A DNA stretch of 64,000 bases from assembly GCA_902592275.1 (NCBI GenBank), contig CACJDW010000001.1, positions 47,175-111,174 on the forward strand, read 5' to 3'. The position numbers were made by a program, and so were the translations under genes. A model generated the notes under the pieces. That model did not search any database. It was not told where the DNA came from and was given only the letters and a program-made list of their open reading frames with translations. Within the stretch, counting starts at the first letter, position 1; each line of letters begins with the position of its first letter. This stretch comes from an uncultured Pelagibacteraceae bacterium. GTDB taxonomy: Bacteria > Pseudomonadota > Alphaproteobacteria > Pelagibacterales > Pelagibacteraceae. Positions 51,770-61,581 of this stretch are shown here, in pieces.

Positions 51770-53092
51770 CTATCTTGATCCTACACAAACATTATCAAGG
51801 CACATGTAATCTTTCAATTGATCAAGTTTTTCTCTTTCAACAAAACCATCCCAAACTGGTCTGGATTTTAAATGATAAGATAAGTTTCCAGCACTCCACT
51901 CATCACCTAAAACTACATTAATTTTTGAATTAAATTGTTGATCCCAGGCATATTGTGTTTTAACAGCAATTTCTTTTCCTGGATAATCAGTTCTCTTATC
52001 ATCTTTTGATATCGAAACATAAGCGTAAAGCACAGGTGATAAAAAAAAGAAGAAAATAAATCCAGCCATGAATGGTTTTAACTTCTTAAGATTAATTTGA
52101 GCTTGAAACAAATAAACAGTTAATGTGCCAAAAAATAAATAGAATGGTGTCATCCACATCGTTCTTATTTTTGATCCAGTAATTAATGATGTTAAAAACA
52201 TTAAAATAATTGGCAAGATATTAATTGCTAATAAAAATAGTAATTTTTTATCTTTAAACTTTAAATTTAATTTAATTTTTTTAACTAATAACCACGATAA
52301 TATTAAAAAAGGAATTAATATCCCTACTTGTTTTAACAAAAAGATTATCGGAAATTTAATATGATCTATAAAGCTAGATTGTTCTAAACCAGTTCTGGCT
52401 AATCCATATGTAATAGTAATAAAATCGTTGTTATATAACCATATAAAATGTGGAACTAAAACTACTAAAAAAACCTCAACAGTGATTAGATATTTAAAAT
52501 CAAATTTTCTCTCTTTTTTGAAAAAAATTAAATAAATAAATAAAAAATCGATAGATGCTAACAAATAAATAAACAAATATTTTGATAGAAAGCCAAAAGC
52601 AGCAAATAGACCTACTAAAAAACAATCTAAAAACTTTATTTCTTTACTGCTATAAATTTTCCATGAATAATAAATTGTTAAAGACCAGAAAGGTAACTGG
52701 CAAACATTTACATTAAATTCTGGAGTGGTGAAATTATAAAAATAAATAGCTTCGATTAATAAAACAGAAACTAAACCTAATAATTTATTATTAAATATTT
52801 CATTTGAAAATTTAAAAACATAATAAAAAGAAATAATTACAAAAATTTGACTTAATAAATAATAAACCCAATCTTGAGATCCAAAAATTTTAAAAAATAC
52901 TTCTGGAAAGAAAGCACTCATGGGTGGATGCTTATTAAAACCCCAATCTAAATTACTCCCCCAAGCTAAAGCCTCAATAGTATCTAATGGTAAATTATGA
53001 TTTGTAAGTGATGGAATCAAAGTCCAAAAAATTAGATGAGCTGTAACAAAAATATAAAAAACATTATTGATATTTTTGTTATTAACGGTCAT
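51770..53092 (-). CDS. GT-C membrane glycosyltransferase (ArnT/PMT-like)
   Basis: DTIEALAWG...KHPP motif, LSKY, many TM helices. Confidence 0.8.
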   Translation of the reverse strand: MTVNNKNINNVFYIFVTAHLIFWTLIPSLTNHNLPLDTIEALAWGSNLDWGFNKHPPMSAFFPEVFFKIFGSQDWVYYLLSQIFVIISFYYVFKFSNEIFNNKLLGLVSVLLIEAIYFYNFTTPEFNVNVCQLPFWSLTIYYSWKIYSSKEIKFLDCFLVGLFAAFGFLSKYLFIYLLASIDFLFIYLIFFKKERKFDFKYLITVEVFLVVLVPHFIWLYNNDFITITYGLARTGLEQSSFIDHIKFPIIFLLKQVGILIPFLILSWLLVKKIKLNLKFKDKKLLFLLAINILPIILMFLTSLITGSKIRTMWMTPFYLFFGTLTVYLFQAQINLKKLKPFMAGFIFFFFLSPVLYAYVSISKDDKRTDYPGKEIAVKTQYAWDQQFNSKINVVLGDEWSAGNLSYHLKSRPVWDGFVEREKLDQLKDYMCLDNVCVGSR

Positions 53093-53121
53093 TTATAAAT
53101 ATTTATATCAATTAAGCTTGC

Positions 53122-53149
53122 TTGACACCCCTAATTTGCTGAATATACT
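53122..53149 (+). promoter_or_regulatory. Sigma70 promoter of dksA
   Basis: TTGACA-N16-TATACT followed by the GC-rich discriminator GCGAGCG. Confidence 0.65.
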
Positions 53150-53170
53150 GCGAGCGATTAAAATTACGCT

Positions 53171-53686
53171 ATGCCAAAGACTGCTAAAGCAAAGAAAAAA
53201 GTATCAAAACCAAAAACTAAAGTTGTAATTAAAGCAAAACCAACTACAGCTAAAGTTGCGCCCAAAGGTCCTGTAAAAATTTCAAAAACTTATGTTCCAA
53301 AAGATACTGAAAAATATATGTGTGAAAAACATAAAGTATATTTCAGAATAAGACTAACTGAATGGAAAAAAGAATTAATTAAAGCGAATAACGAGGCTCT
53401 TTATAATGGTGGTATGGATGATAATAATATTTCTGCTGATATTGTTGATCAAGCAAACTCCTACATTGATAGCAATGTAGAAATGAAAGCAATTAATAGA
53501 CAAATTAAATTAATTTCAGAAATTGATAAAGCGTTAAGAAGAATTAGAGAAGATACTTATGGATACTGTCTTGATACAGCAGAGCCAATTGGATTAAAAA
53601 GGTTAATGGCAAGACCTGTTGCTAAATATACTATTGCTGCACAAGAAAAGCATGAAAAAGAAGAAAAAGTTCATGCAGATGATTAA
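53171..53686 (+). CDS. dksA: RNA polymerase-binding transcription factor DksA
   Basis: DIVDQA (DxxDxA) coiled-coil tip, YGYC..T.EPIG..RL.ARP. Confidence 0.92.
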   Translation: MPKTAKAKKKVSKPKTKVVIKAKPTTAKVAPKGPVKISKTYVPKDTEKYMCEKHKVYFRIRLTEWKKELIKANNEALYNGGMDDNNISADIVDQANSYIDSNVEMKAINRQIKLISEIDKALRRIREDTYGYCLDTAEPIGLKRLMARPVAKYTIAAQEKHEKEEKVHADD

Positions 53687-53688
53687 AA

Positions 53689-53805
53689 ATGAAAAAGAAA
53701 TCATCTAAGCAAAATTCAATCTCATTTCTATTTGCTAAGAAATATATTTATTTTTACTATCCTTTCTTTTGGATTGTGCTGTTGCTATATTTGTTTTTAA
53801 AATGA
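53689..53805 (+). CDS. Putative 38-aa membrane microprotein
   Basis: Manual translation MKKKSSKQNSISFLFAKKYIYFYYPFFWIVLLLYLFLK; starts 2 nt after the dksA stop. Confidence 0.5.
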   Translation: MKKKSSKQNSISFLFAKKYIYFYYPFFWIVLLLYLFLK

Positions 53806-53897
53806 ATAAAAAATTAGTTTTAATAATTATAATTATTGTTGCTATTGAATTTTCAGGTTATGGAATTCTTAGCACTCTTTATAGGTTATTTGGATAA
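53802..53897 (+). CDS. Putative 31-aa membrane microprotein
   Basis: Manual translation MNKKLVLIIIIIVAIEFSGYGILSTLYRLFG; ATGA overlap with the previous ORF. Confidence 0.5.
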   Translation: MNKKLVLIIIIIVAIEFSGYGILSTLYRLFG

Positions 53898-53901
53898 ATC
53901 T

Positions 53902-54528
53902 TTAAGGTTTAGGAATTTTGGCTTCCTTATCCATGAAAGCATAACCTTTAATAACAGCTTCTCTGTCAGCTATTTCTAAATACCATCTAGATAAATTTTT
54001 ATAATTTTTTAAACCAATATCATGCCATTCATGTCTTGCCATCCATGGCCACGTTGCAATATCTGCAATTGTATAATCGTTCCCTGCGAGAAATTTGGAC
54101 TCCTTTAATCTGGCATCTAGTTCTCCATAAATTCTTTTGGTGATTTTAAAATATCTTTCCTCACCAAACTCACTTTTACCTGGGTTGTAGTGATGGAACT
54201 GATGATGTTGACCTATCATGGGTCCTACTGTTCCCATTTGAGCCATCAACCATTGATTAATTACAAGTCTATCATTTTTATTGTAAAGTTTTCCACTTAT
54301 ATCACCTAAATACATTAAGATCGCACCAGACTCGAAGATGCTTTTATTGTTCTCATGATCAATGATGACAGGAATTTTTCCAAATGGACTAATTTTTATA
54401 TACTCTGGTTTAAACTGTTCATCTTTACCTAAATCAACTTTGGTTACTTTGTACTCATAACCAATTTCTTCAAGCATAATGCTTATTTTCCATCCATTAG
54501 GAGTATTAGCAGAAAAAAGTTCTATCAT
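53902..54528 (-). CDS. Glutathione S-transferase (YfcG/YghU-like)
   Basis: TPNG.K, KIPVI, FESGAIL, YTIADIA.WPW. Confidence 0.9.
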   Translation of the reverse strand: MIELFSANTPNGWKISIMLEEIGYEYKVTKVDLGKDEQFKPEYIKISPFGKIPVIIDHENNKSIFESGAILMYLGDISGKLYNKNDRLVINQWLMAQMGTVGPMIGQHHQFHHYNPGKSEFGEERYFKITKRIYGELDARLKESKFLAGNDYTIADIATWPWMARHEWHDIGLKNYKNLSRWYLEIADREAVIKGYAFMDKEAKIPKP

Positions 54529-55541
54529 TTTTTAATTCCAAGTCTTTCTTGTGCAGCTTTAGAAGTTGTTGTGAATTCAAATCTTAATTTTTCATCTGGT
54601 TTGGCATATTTAAAACAGCCTCTTGCTGCCAATGCACCCTCATGGAAACCTGAAAGAATTAATTTTAATTTTCCTGGATAAGAACAAATATCACCTATTG
54701 CAAAAATTCCACTTACATTCGTTTCAAAGTTTTCAGTATTTACCTGAACAGTTTTTTTATCAATATTTAATCCCCAATCTAAAATAGGGCCAAGTTGCAT
54801 AATCAAACCAAAAAAACCTAATACATAATCAGATTTAATCTCTTTAATTTCACCTTCATCATGTTTTATTTTTACAGATTTAATTTTTTTGTCTCCTACA
54901 ACTGAATCCATTTGATACTTTGTATATAAATTTAATTTTCCTTGATCATCAAGCTCTTTTACTTTTTGAACACTAGATTCTGCTCCACTAAATCCATCTC
55001 TTCTATGAATTAAATTCACTTTAGAAATGTTTGATAATTCTATAGCCCAATCTAAAGCAGAATCTCCTCCTCCAAAAATTGAAATAGTTTTATCTTTAAA
55101 TATTGATTTATCTTTAATTGAGTAAAATAAAGAATTTCCCTCAAATTTTTCACATTCTTTTACTGAAAATTTTCTAGGCTCAAAAGAACCAACACCACCG
55201 GCTATTACAATTGCTGCAACATCAAACTCTACTCCACCAGAAGTTTTGACATTCCATCTATTTTGATTTTTTTTTAATTCCTCTACTCTTTCATTTAAAT
55301 GAAATTTGACATTGAAAGGTTTAATTTGTTTTAAAAGATTATTAGTTAGCTCCTCTCCAGTACACTCAGGCACAGCTGGGATATCATAAATTGGTTTATC
55401 TGGGTAAAGCTCGATACATTGACCTCCTGCTTTATCAAGATTGTCTACTATCTCACAACTCAATCCTATAATTCCAAGTTGATGAGCACAAAACAAACCG
55501 GTGGGCCCTGCTCCAATAATTAATACATCTGTTTTATTCAT
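54525..55541 (-). CDS. Ferredoxin--NADP+ reductase (thioredoxin-reductase-like)
   Basis: GAGPTG, GGQC..LYP.K.IYD, GGGDSA.DW, GD...YPGK.KLI..GF.E; no redox CxxC. Confidence 0.88.
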   Translation of the reverse strand: MNKTDVLIIGAGPTGLFCAHQLGIIGLSCEIVDNLDKAGGQCIELYPDKPIYDIPAVPECTGEELTNNLLKQIKPFNVKFHLNERVEELKKNQNRWNVKTSGGVEFDVAAIVIAGGVGSFEPRKFSVKECEKFEGNSLFYSIKDKSIFKDKTISIFGGGDSALDWAIELSNISKVNLIHRRDGFSGAESSVQKVKELDDQGKLNLYTKYQMDSVVGDKKIKSVKIKHDEGEIKEIKSDYVLGFFGLIMQLGPILDWGLNIDKKTVQVNTENFETNVSGIFAIGDICSYPGKLKLILSGFHEGALAARGCFKYAKPDEKLRFEFTTTSKAAQERLGIKK

Positions 55542-55862
55542 TTAACCTTGCTTTGATGGAATATTAACTTCTAAACCATCCAAATCATCTGAAACAATCA
55601 ACTGACAACTTAGTCTACTATTATTTTTTGGTTCAAAAGCCATATCAAGCATATCTTCTTCACCATCCTCTTTTGCTGGAAGCTTATCTAACCATTCTTC
55701 TTTGACATAAACGTGGCATGTAGCACACGCCATTCCTCCTCCACAATCTGCATCAATGCCTGGAATATCATTTTGAACAGCCCCTTCCATTACAGTTAAA
55801 CCGTTTTGAACATCGATTGTGTGAGTTTTATTGTCGTGGGTGTGATAAGTAATTTTTGCCAT
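55542..55862 (-). CDS. fdx: 2Fe-2S ferredoxin (adrenodoxin type)
   Basis: CGG.MAC.TCH and SRLSCQ. Confidence 0.93.
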   Translation of the reverse strand: MAKITYHTHDNKTHTIDVQNGLTVMEGAVQNDIPGIDADCGGGMACATCHVYVKEEWLDKLPAKEDGEEDMLDMAFEPKNNSRLSCQLIVSDDLDGLEVNIPSKQG

Positions 55863-55923
55863 GCGTTATATATAGTTTCTTATCTAAATAGGACAAGTAA
55901 GTAAAATCATACTTAGTATATTT

Positions 55924-56925
55924 TTAAATATTTTGAGGTTCAGGTAGTTCTTTTTTAATAAAATAGCTTTTATCTTCTTTTTGTTTCATTAAGGCAGGAA
56001 TAATCTCTTTATAAGCATCAATTAATCCATCATTTGGTTTTGGTAGCTGATCTTTAATATGGTGATGTAATTTATCTAAATTATATGATGGAACCGTTGG
56101 AAACATATGATGAGTTAAATGATATTCCATTTTCCAATATAAAAAACTTAATATTGGATTTAAATACATTTCACGCGATGTAACTCTATGATCTTTGACG
56201 TTTCTTGCTAAACCAGCATGCTGAGTGAATGCAACAATTTTATGTAAAGTTTTTCCATAAAATTGTGGTAATATAAAAAATAATAAAGGCATCCAAGAAG
56301 AAACTAATATAGACCACAAAATAATTGATAGCCAAATAGCTACATAAATTCTTGAAATTAAAATTGCTTTTGCTTGTGCATTTTCTGGAATGCTATCTTG
56401 CATTACTTTTGTTTTAATTCCAAGCGCATGCTGAATAATTTCAAATGAAATATGTTTTTTAAAAAAAATAAGATCTAAAAATGGAATAATATTTATAATT
56501 AATCTTTTTGGTGTTTCTTTTAAATCATTGCCATATTCAATTTCATGATCAAAAGGATTTTCTGTTGAATAAGTATTTCCGTGGTGAACAAAGTGTGTGT
56601 ATCTCCATCTTGTTGGTTCAAAATTTGCCATGTATGAAGAGATATAGTAAAAAAATTCATTTAAAAATTTTGATTGAAATGCAGTTTTGTGACCCGTTTC
56701 ATGCCATAATGGATTAGAAAAAGAATAAATATTTCCATAAACTAAAAACCAAAATACTGACCACCATGTGCCCCAAGTTTGATATGCAAGAATTCCTGTT
56801 ACTAACAGTAGTCCAAAAAAAACTGAGACATGTTGAAATCCTTTTATATCTGATTTCTTAGAAAGCTCTTTAAGAACTTCTTTATCAACTTGGCATTTGT
56901 GCCATTTTTCTAATTTAACATCCAT
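55924..56925 (-). CDS. Fatty-acid-desaturase family membrane diiron enzyme (MocD-like)
   Basis: Three His boxes HETGH, HFVHH and HLTHH, plus TQHAGL; TM segments. Confidence 0.85.
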   Translation of the reverse strand: MDVKLEKWHKCQVDKEVLKELSKKSDIKGFQHVSVFFGLLLVTGILAYQTWGTWWSVFWFLVYGNIYSFSNPLWHETGHKTAFQSKFLNEFFYYISSYMANFEPTRWRYTHFVHHGNTYSTENPFDHEIEYGNDLKETPKRLIINIIPFLDLIFFKKHISFEIIQHALGIKTKVMQDSIPENAQAKAILISRIYVAIWLSIILWSILVSSWMPLLFFILPQFYGKTLHKIVAFTQHAGLARNVKDHRVTSREMYLNPILSFLYWKMEYHLTHHMFPTVPSYNLDKLHHHIKDQLPKPNDGLIDAYKEIIPALMKQKEDKSYFIKKELPEPQNI

Positions 56926-56970
56926 AGATAAAAATTATGTATAGTTATTATACATAATTTTAATAAAGGT

Positions 56971-57008
56971 AAAAAAAAAGGGCAAGTACAAAAATTGTAC
57001 CTGCCCTT
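56971..57008 (-). terminator. Intrinsic terminator of proteorhodopsin
   Basis: Minus strand AAGGGCAGGTACAA-loop-TTGTACTTGCCC followed by T9. Confidence 0.85.
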
Positions 57009-57026
57009 AATTTAAATTTTAGCTAA

Positions 57027-57800
57027 TTACTTAGCTCTTCTTCCCGCAGAACTAGTTGCAGCAGCCCAAATTACTAGACCAAATGCAATTTTGTTAATGA
57101 AGTCAGCTAAGTTGTAAACGACGTTAAGTGAGTTAGCGTCTACTCCACCAGTTAAGTAACCAAATACATAACCTAATGGGTAAATTGCCCAACCTACTGT
57201 AACGATCATTCTCATTGCACCAAAAGCAGTTACAAGAGCCTTGTTACCACTTTTCGCTGCAGCTTTACCAGCTTCACCTGAGAATACTTCATAAAGAATG
57301 TATACCCAACCTGCCATTCCGATGATGAAACCTAGTGTAGCATTAATGTATCCTGCTTCACCTAAGTATCCACCGATTAGCATTACTAATGAACCAATTA
57401 ACAATCTCCAGAACATTCCAGAGTTTGCTTTATTGATAGCTGCTAGAATTAAATAGAATTCTACCATCTGTAATGGCACAGTGATTAACCAGTCAATGTA
57501 TCTGTAAACAGTTGGCGAGTCTCCAGTAGCAACCCATACTTCTCTCATGTACATGTAGTGTATGAATGCAATACCAGTTACTAGACCAGCAACAATAACT
57601 GATGTTCTCCAGCCTGATGCAACATTGCCTGCTTCCATGAAAAAGAAAGCAGTAGCTGCTAACATTCCCATAGAGATAACCCAGAATGAAATTCCGACGA
57701 AGTCATCTTGCATCAACATCGTTGCGTCTGCTGCAATAGCTATACCTGAAAATCCAATCAGAGCCATAGCTGCTAAAGCAAACAATTTAAGTTTTTTCAT
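57027..57800 (-). CDS. Proteorhodopsin, blue-absorbing type
   Basis: YRYIDWLITVPLQMVEF (D97, T101, Q105, E108 in GPR numbering), HY in helix B, retinal Lys in DFINK; signal peptide. Confidence 0.96.
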   Translation of the reverse strand: MKKLKLFALAAMALIGFSGIAIAADATMLMQDDFVGISFWVISMGMLAATAFFFMEAGNVASGWRTSVIVAGLVTGIAFIHYMYMREVWVATGDSPTVYRYIDWLITVPLQMVEFYLILAAINKANSGMFWRLLIGSLVMLIGGYLGEAGYINATLGFIIGMAGWVYILYEVFSGEAGKAAAKSGNKALVTAFGAMRMIVTVGWAIYPLGYVFGYLTGGVDANSLNVVYNLADFINKIAFGLVIWAAATSSAGRRAK

Positions 57801-58011
57801 AAAAAACTCCCTCTTCGTTAGTTTTTATTTTTAGTTTATATAAACTAGACTTGAGTTACCCCAAGCCAAAGTTGTGGTTAAATAACAAATTAAATTAGTT
57901 TTATGAAGAATTAATTGTCACTAATAAGCATTGATTTTACTTAATTTTTAAAATTAAATACAATTTATAAGTTAAAAACCAAAAAAAATAAGGAAATCGA
58001 ATCAAATCTTT

Positions 58012-59913
58012 ATGTCTTCTAAGTTTAATGAAATTTACCAAAATTCTATAAAAAATCCTGAAAAATTTTGGCAAGAAGCCTCGGAAGATATCTTTTGGTT
58101 TAAAAAACCAACAAAAATTTTAAATAAATCTAACCCACCATTCTATAAATGGTTCGAGGATGGGGTTACAAACACATGTTATAATGCTTTAGACCTCCAT
58201 ATTGATCAAGGAAGAGGTCAAAAGACAGCTTTAATATACGATAGTCCTATCACAGGTAACAAAAGTAAGTTCACTTATGAAGAATTAAGGTCAAAGGTCT
58301 CTAGGTTTGCGGGAGCATTGAAATCTCAAGGGGCTAATAAAGGCGATCGGGTTATCATTTATATGCCTATGATCCCTGAAGCAGTGGTTGCTATGCTTGC
58401 TTGTGCAAGAATTGGTGCAATTCACTCTGTGGTCTTTGGTGGATTTGCCTCTAATGAGCTTGCAAGTAGAATAGATGACAGCAAAGCAAAGATATTGGTA
58501 ACTGCTTCATGTGGTTTTGAACCAGGAAGAACAGTTGAATACAAGCCCCTTGTCGATGAGGCGATAAAAATAGCTAATCATAAAATTGAAAAAATGATTT
58601 TATTCCAAAGGCCTGGTCACGAGGTTAAATTAAATGCCCCAAATGAGGTCAGCTGGGAGGAAGTAGTTTCAAATGCTAAAGATGCTGATTGTGTTGAGAT
58701 GAACTCGAATGAGTTTGCCTATATTTTGTACACATCTGGTACCACTGGAACCCCCAAAGGTATAGTTAGAGACATTGGGGGTCACATTGTTGCTCTCAAA
58801 TGGACTATGAAAAATATTTATAACATTAATACTGATGATATTTGGTGGTCTGCTAGTGACATTGGTTGGATTGTGGGGCACTCTTATATTGTCTACGCTC
58901 CTTTATTCAAAGGATGTACTACAGTACTGTTTGAAGGTAAGCCTGTCGGAACACCAGATGCAGGAGCTTTTTGGAAAATAATCTCAGATTACAAAGTTAA
59001 ATCTCTTTTTACAGCTCCAACAGCTTTTAGAGCAATTAAGAAAGAAGATCCTGAAGGTAAATTTTTCTCAAAATATGATTTGAGTAGTTTTGAAAGCTTA
59101 TTTCTTGCTGGAGAAAGAGCTGATCCGGATACTATAAAGTGGGCTGAGAATTTGCTTAAAGTTCCAGTTATTGATCATTGGTGGCAAACAGAGACTAGTT
59201 GGGCAATTAGCTCAAATTGTACTGGAATAGAAATGATGGAAACAAAATATGGTTCAGCTTGCAAAGCTGTTCCTGGATACGATGTAAAAATCATCAAACC
59301 AGATCAATCTTTAGCAAAACCAAATGAAATGGGAGACATTGTTGTGAAACTACCTTTGCCTCCTGGCACTTTTCCAACATTATGGAATGCAGATCAAAGA
59401 TACAAAGAAAATTATATGTCTAATTATCAGGGATACTATCAAACATATGATGCAGGTCACATCGATGATGATGGTTATATATGGATAATGTCTAGAACAG
59501 ATGACATCATTAATGTAGCAGGTCATAGATTATCTACCGGAGCCATAGAGGAAGTTTTATCAGAACATCAATCTGTTGCTGAATGTGCAGTTCTAGGGAT
59601 TGCAGATAAATTAAAAGGTCAATTACCTATTGGATTAGTAGTTCTAAAATCTGGTGTGGATAAAGATAATGAAACTATTTCAAAAGAGTGTGTACAAATG
59701 GTAAGAGATAAAATAGGCCCAGTAGCTGCATTTAAAGTAGTGATTGTTATTAAAAGGTTGCCAAAAACAAGATCGGGTAAAATATTAAGAGGAACAATTA
59801 GAAAAATTGCAGATAATGTGGAATATAAAGTGCCTCCTACAATTGATGATCCTGCAATATTAACAGAAATAAAAGAAGATTTAATTCAACACAAAATTTT
59901 AAACAATGGTTAA
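58012..59913 (+). CDS. prpE: Propionate--CoA ligase
   Basis: YILYTSGTTGTPKG, SDIGW.VGHSY, DHWWQTET, RTDDIINVAGHRLS, LPKTRSGK. Confidence 0.88.
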   Translation: MSSKFNEIYQNSIKNPEKFWQEASEDIFWFKKPTKILNKSNPPFYKWFEDGVTNTCYNALDLHIDQGRGQKTALIYDSPITGNKSKFTYEELRSKVSRFAGALKSQGANKGDRVIIYMPMIPEAVVAMLACARIGAIHSVVFGGFASNELASRIDDSKAKILVTASCGFEPGRTVEYKPLVDEAIKIANHKIEKMILFQRPGHEVKLNAPNEVSWEEVVSNAKDADCVEMNSNEFAYILYTSGTTGTPKGIVRDIGGHIVALKWTMKNIYNINTDDIWWSASDIGWIVGHSYIVYAPLFKGCTTVLFEGKPVGTPDAGAFWKIISDYKVKSLFTAPTAFRAIKKEDPEGKFFSKYDLSSFESLFLAGERADPDTIKWAENLLKVPVIDHWWQTETSWAISSNCTGIEMMETKYGSACKAVPGYDVKIIKPDQSLAKPNEMGDIVVKLPLPPGTFPTLWNADQRYKENYMSNYQGYYQTYDAGHIDDDGYIWIMSRTDDIINVAGHRLSTGAIEEVLSEHQSVAECAVLGIADKLKGQLPIGLVVLKSGVDKDNETISKECVQMVRDKIGPVAAFKVVIVIKRLPKTRSGKILRGTIRKIADNVEYKVPPTIDDPAILTEIKEDLIQHKILNNG

Positions 59914-60238
59914 AACATATTTATTTCTTGCAGGTGCAGTATTTTTTGAAGTTGCTGGTACAATGTTATTACCTATAACTCAAAATTTTACAAAACTAAT
60001 CCCAACAGCTGCTCTTGCATTCTTTTATCTTTGTGCTTTCTATCTTTTAACTTTTGTAGCAGACAAGATTCCTATCGCTATTATGTATGCAACATGGAGT
60101 GGTCTTGGAATTTTTACAATTGCAATTCTCGGCTATATATTCTTTAAACAAACTTTAGCCTGGCAAGCAATATTAGGATTATTCTTAATAGTAATAGGTG
60201 TAATTTTAGTAAATAGTTTCACTGTAAAGCTTAGCTAA
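59906..60238 (+). CDS. SMR (EmrE-like) small multidrug/cation transporter
   Basis: 110 aa, 4 TM, membrane Glu in FFEVAGT, YATWSGLG. Confidence 0.85.
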   Translation: MVKTYLFLAGAVFFEVAGTMLLPITQNFTKLIPTAALAFFYLCAFYLLTFVADKIPIAIMYATWSGLGIFTIAILGYIFFKQTLAWQAILGLFLIVIGVILVNSFTVKLS

Positions 60239-61538
60239 ACTGTAAAGGCGTTCCATCAGGATCACCTAAAATTTTTCCATACTGCATTTTAATTTTTCCT
60301 GCAATAATTGTATGAGTGGGTGTTCCTTTAAATTTGAAACCATTAAATGGTGACCATTTACATTTACTTTCTATATTTTCATTTTTAATCTCAATAATTT
60401 TGTTCATATCAACAATAGTAAAATCTGCATCATAACCCTCTTTAATAAATCCTTTATTTTTAATTCCAAAAATCTTTACTGGATTTTCACAAACAAAATT
60501 CATCAATTGGTTTAGAGATAATTTTCCATCATTTATGTGATTTAGCATTACAGGCATTAAAGTTTGAACTCCTGGCATTCCTGAAGGTGTGTTTGGATAT
60601 ATCTTGTCTTTATTTTCTTTTAAATGAGGAGCATGATCAGATCCAATCGTATCATTAAAGTTATTTCTCACTCCATACCATAATCGATCATAATGAGATT
60701 TATCTCTTAATGGTGGGTTCATTTGAGCGTAAGTTCCAAGCTTGTCATAACAATCTGGAGCATAAAGAGTTAAATGCTGAGGAGTAATCTCAAATGTAAT
60801 GTTCCCCTTATGTTGGGATAGAAAATCTATTTCTTCTTTTGTTGTAATATGAAGTACATGAGCTTTTTTATTATGCTTTTCTGCAATTCGAACAATTCTT
60901 CTTGTAGATGCTATTGCACATTCCGCACTTCTCCATACAGGATGCGTATGAACATCACCCTCTTTTATTAATTTCTTGTTTACATTTAAAATTGCCTCAT
61001 CTTCAGAATGGACAGCAACTACTTTTGAAGCATTTTGAAAAACCTTGTCTATGTCGTCCTCTTCAGCCACTAATAAATTTCCAGTTGATGATCCTGCAAA
61101 CAGTTTAATTCCACAACAACCTTCTAAACCTTCTAGGCTCGCTAAATCATCCGCATTGTCTGCTGTTGCTCCAAAATAAAAAGCATAATTGCAATACATT
61201 CTATTTTTAGCGAGATCTAATTTTCTTTGAAATTCTTTCATGTTTGAAGTTGGTGGATTTGTGTTTGGCATTTCAAATACACTGGTTATTCCGCCTGCTA
61301 TTGCTGCTCTACTTCCTGAATGAAGATCCTCTGTATCCGTTGATCCTGGTTCTCTAAAATGTGTTTGAGTATCTATGCAACCAGGCAATACTGTTTGGCC
61401 TTCTGCATTAATTGTCAATTTTGCTTCTTCTGAAATTTGTCCAATCTGTTGAATTTTTCCATCTTTTATAGCAACATCTTCATCTTTTAATTCACCATCG
61501 ATGTAACATTGTCCATTTTTAATTATAACATCTAACAT
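60231..61538 (-). CDS. pyrC: Dihydroorotase
   Basis: PGCIDTQTHFREPG, EMPNT.P, VHSED, MNPPLR, SDHAPH. Confidence 0.85.
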   Translation of the reverse strand: MLDVIIKNGQCYIDGELKDEDVAIKDGKIQQIGQISEEAKLTINAEGQTVLPGCIDTQTHFREPGSTDTEDLHSGSRAAIAGGITSVFEMPNTNPPTSNMKEFQRKLDLAKNRMYCNYAFYFGATADNADDLASLEGLEGCCGIKLFAGSSTGNLLVAEEDDIDKVFQNASKVVAVHSEDEAILNVNKKLIKEGDVHTHPVWRSAECAIASTRRIVRIAEKHNKKAHVLHITTKEEIDFLSQHKGNITFEITPQHLTLYAPDCYDKLGTYAQMNPPLRDKSHYDRLWYGVRNNFNDTIGSDHAPHLKENKDKIYPNTPSGMPGVQTLMPVMLNHINDGKLSLNQLMNFVCENPVKIFGIKNKGFIKEGYDADFTIVDMNKIIEIKNENIESKCKWSPFNGFKFKGTPTHTIIAGKIKMQYGKILGDPDGTPLQFS

Positions 61539-61581
61539 TTTAAGAAATTGTTATTATATTACAATCTATAATTAATCAATT

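Noticed and set aside
53171-53686. Zinc-finger-less DksA as a novelty
   Set aside because: Single-Cys DksA is normal for Alphaproteobacteria
57027-57800. Carotenoid-antenna (fenestrated) rhodopsin supplied by the neighbouring desaturase-like enzyme
   Set aside because: The helix E position equivalent to the xanthorhodopsin fenestration Gly is Phe here (LGFIIGMAGW), and a strong terminator separates the two genes
940-61108. Many short antisense or alternate-frame ORFs of 60-120 aa in the ORF track (e.g. 940-1158, 5399-5713, 26254-26619, 34913-35281, 45272-45583, 57562-57834)
   Set aside because: They lie within well-supported genes, lack motifs or SD sites, and are expected shadow ORFs
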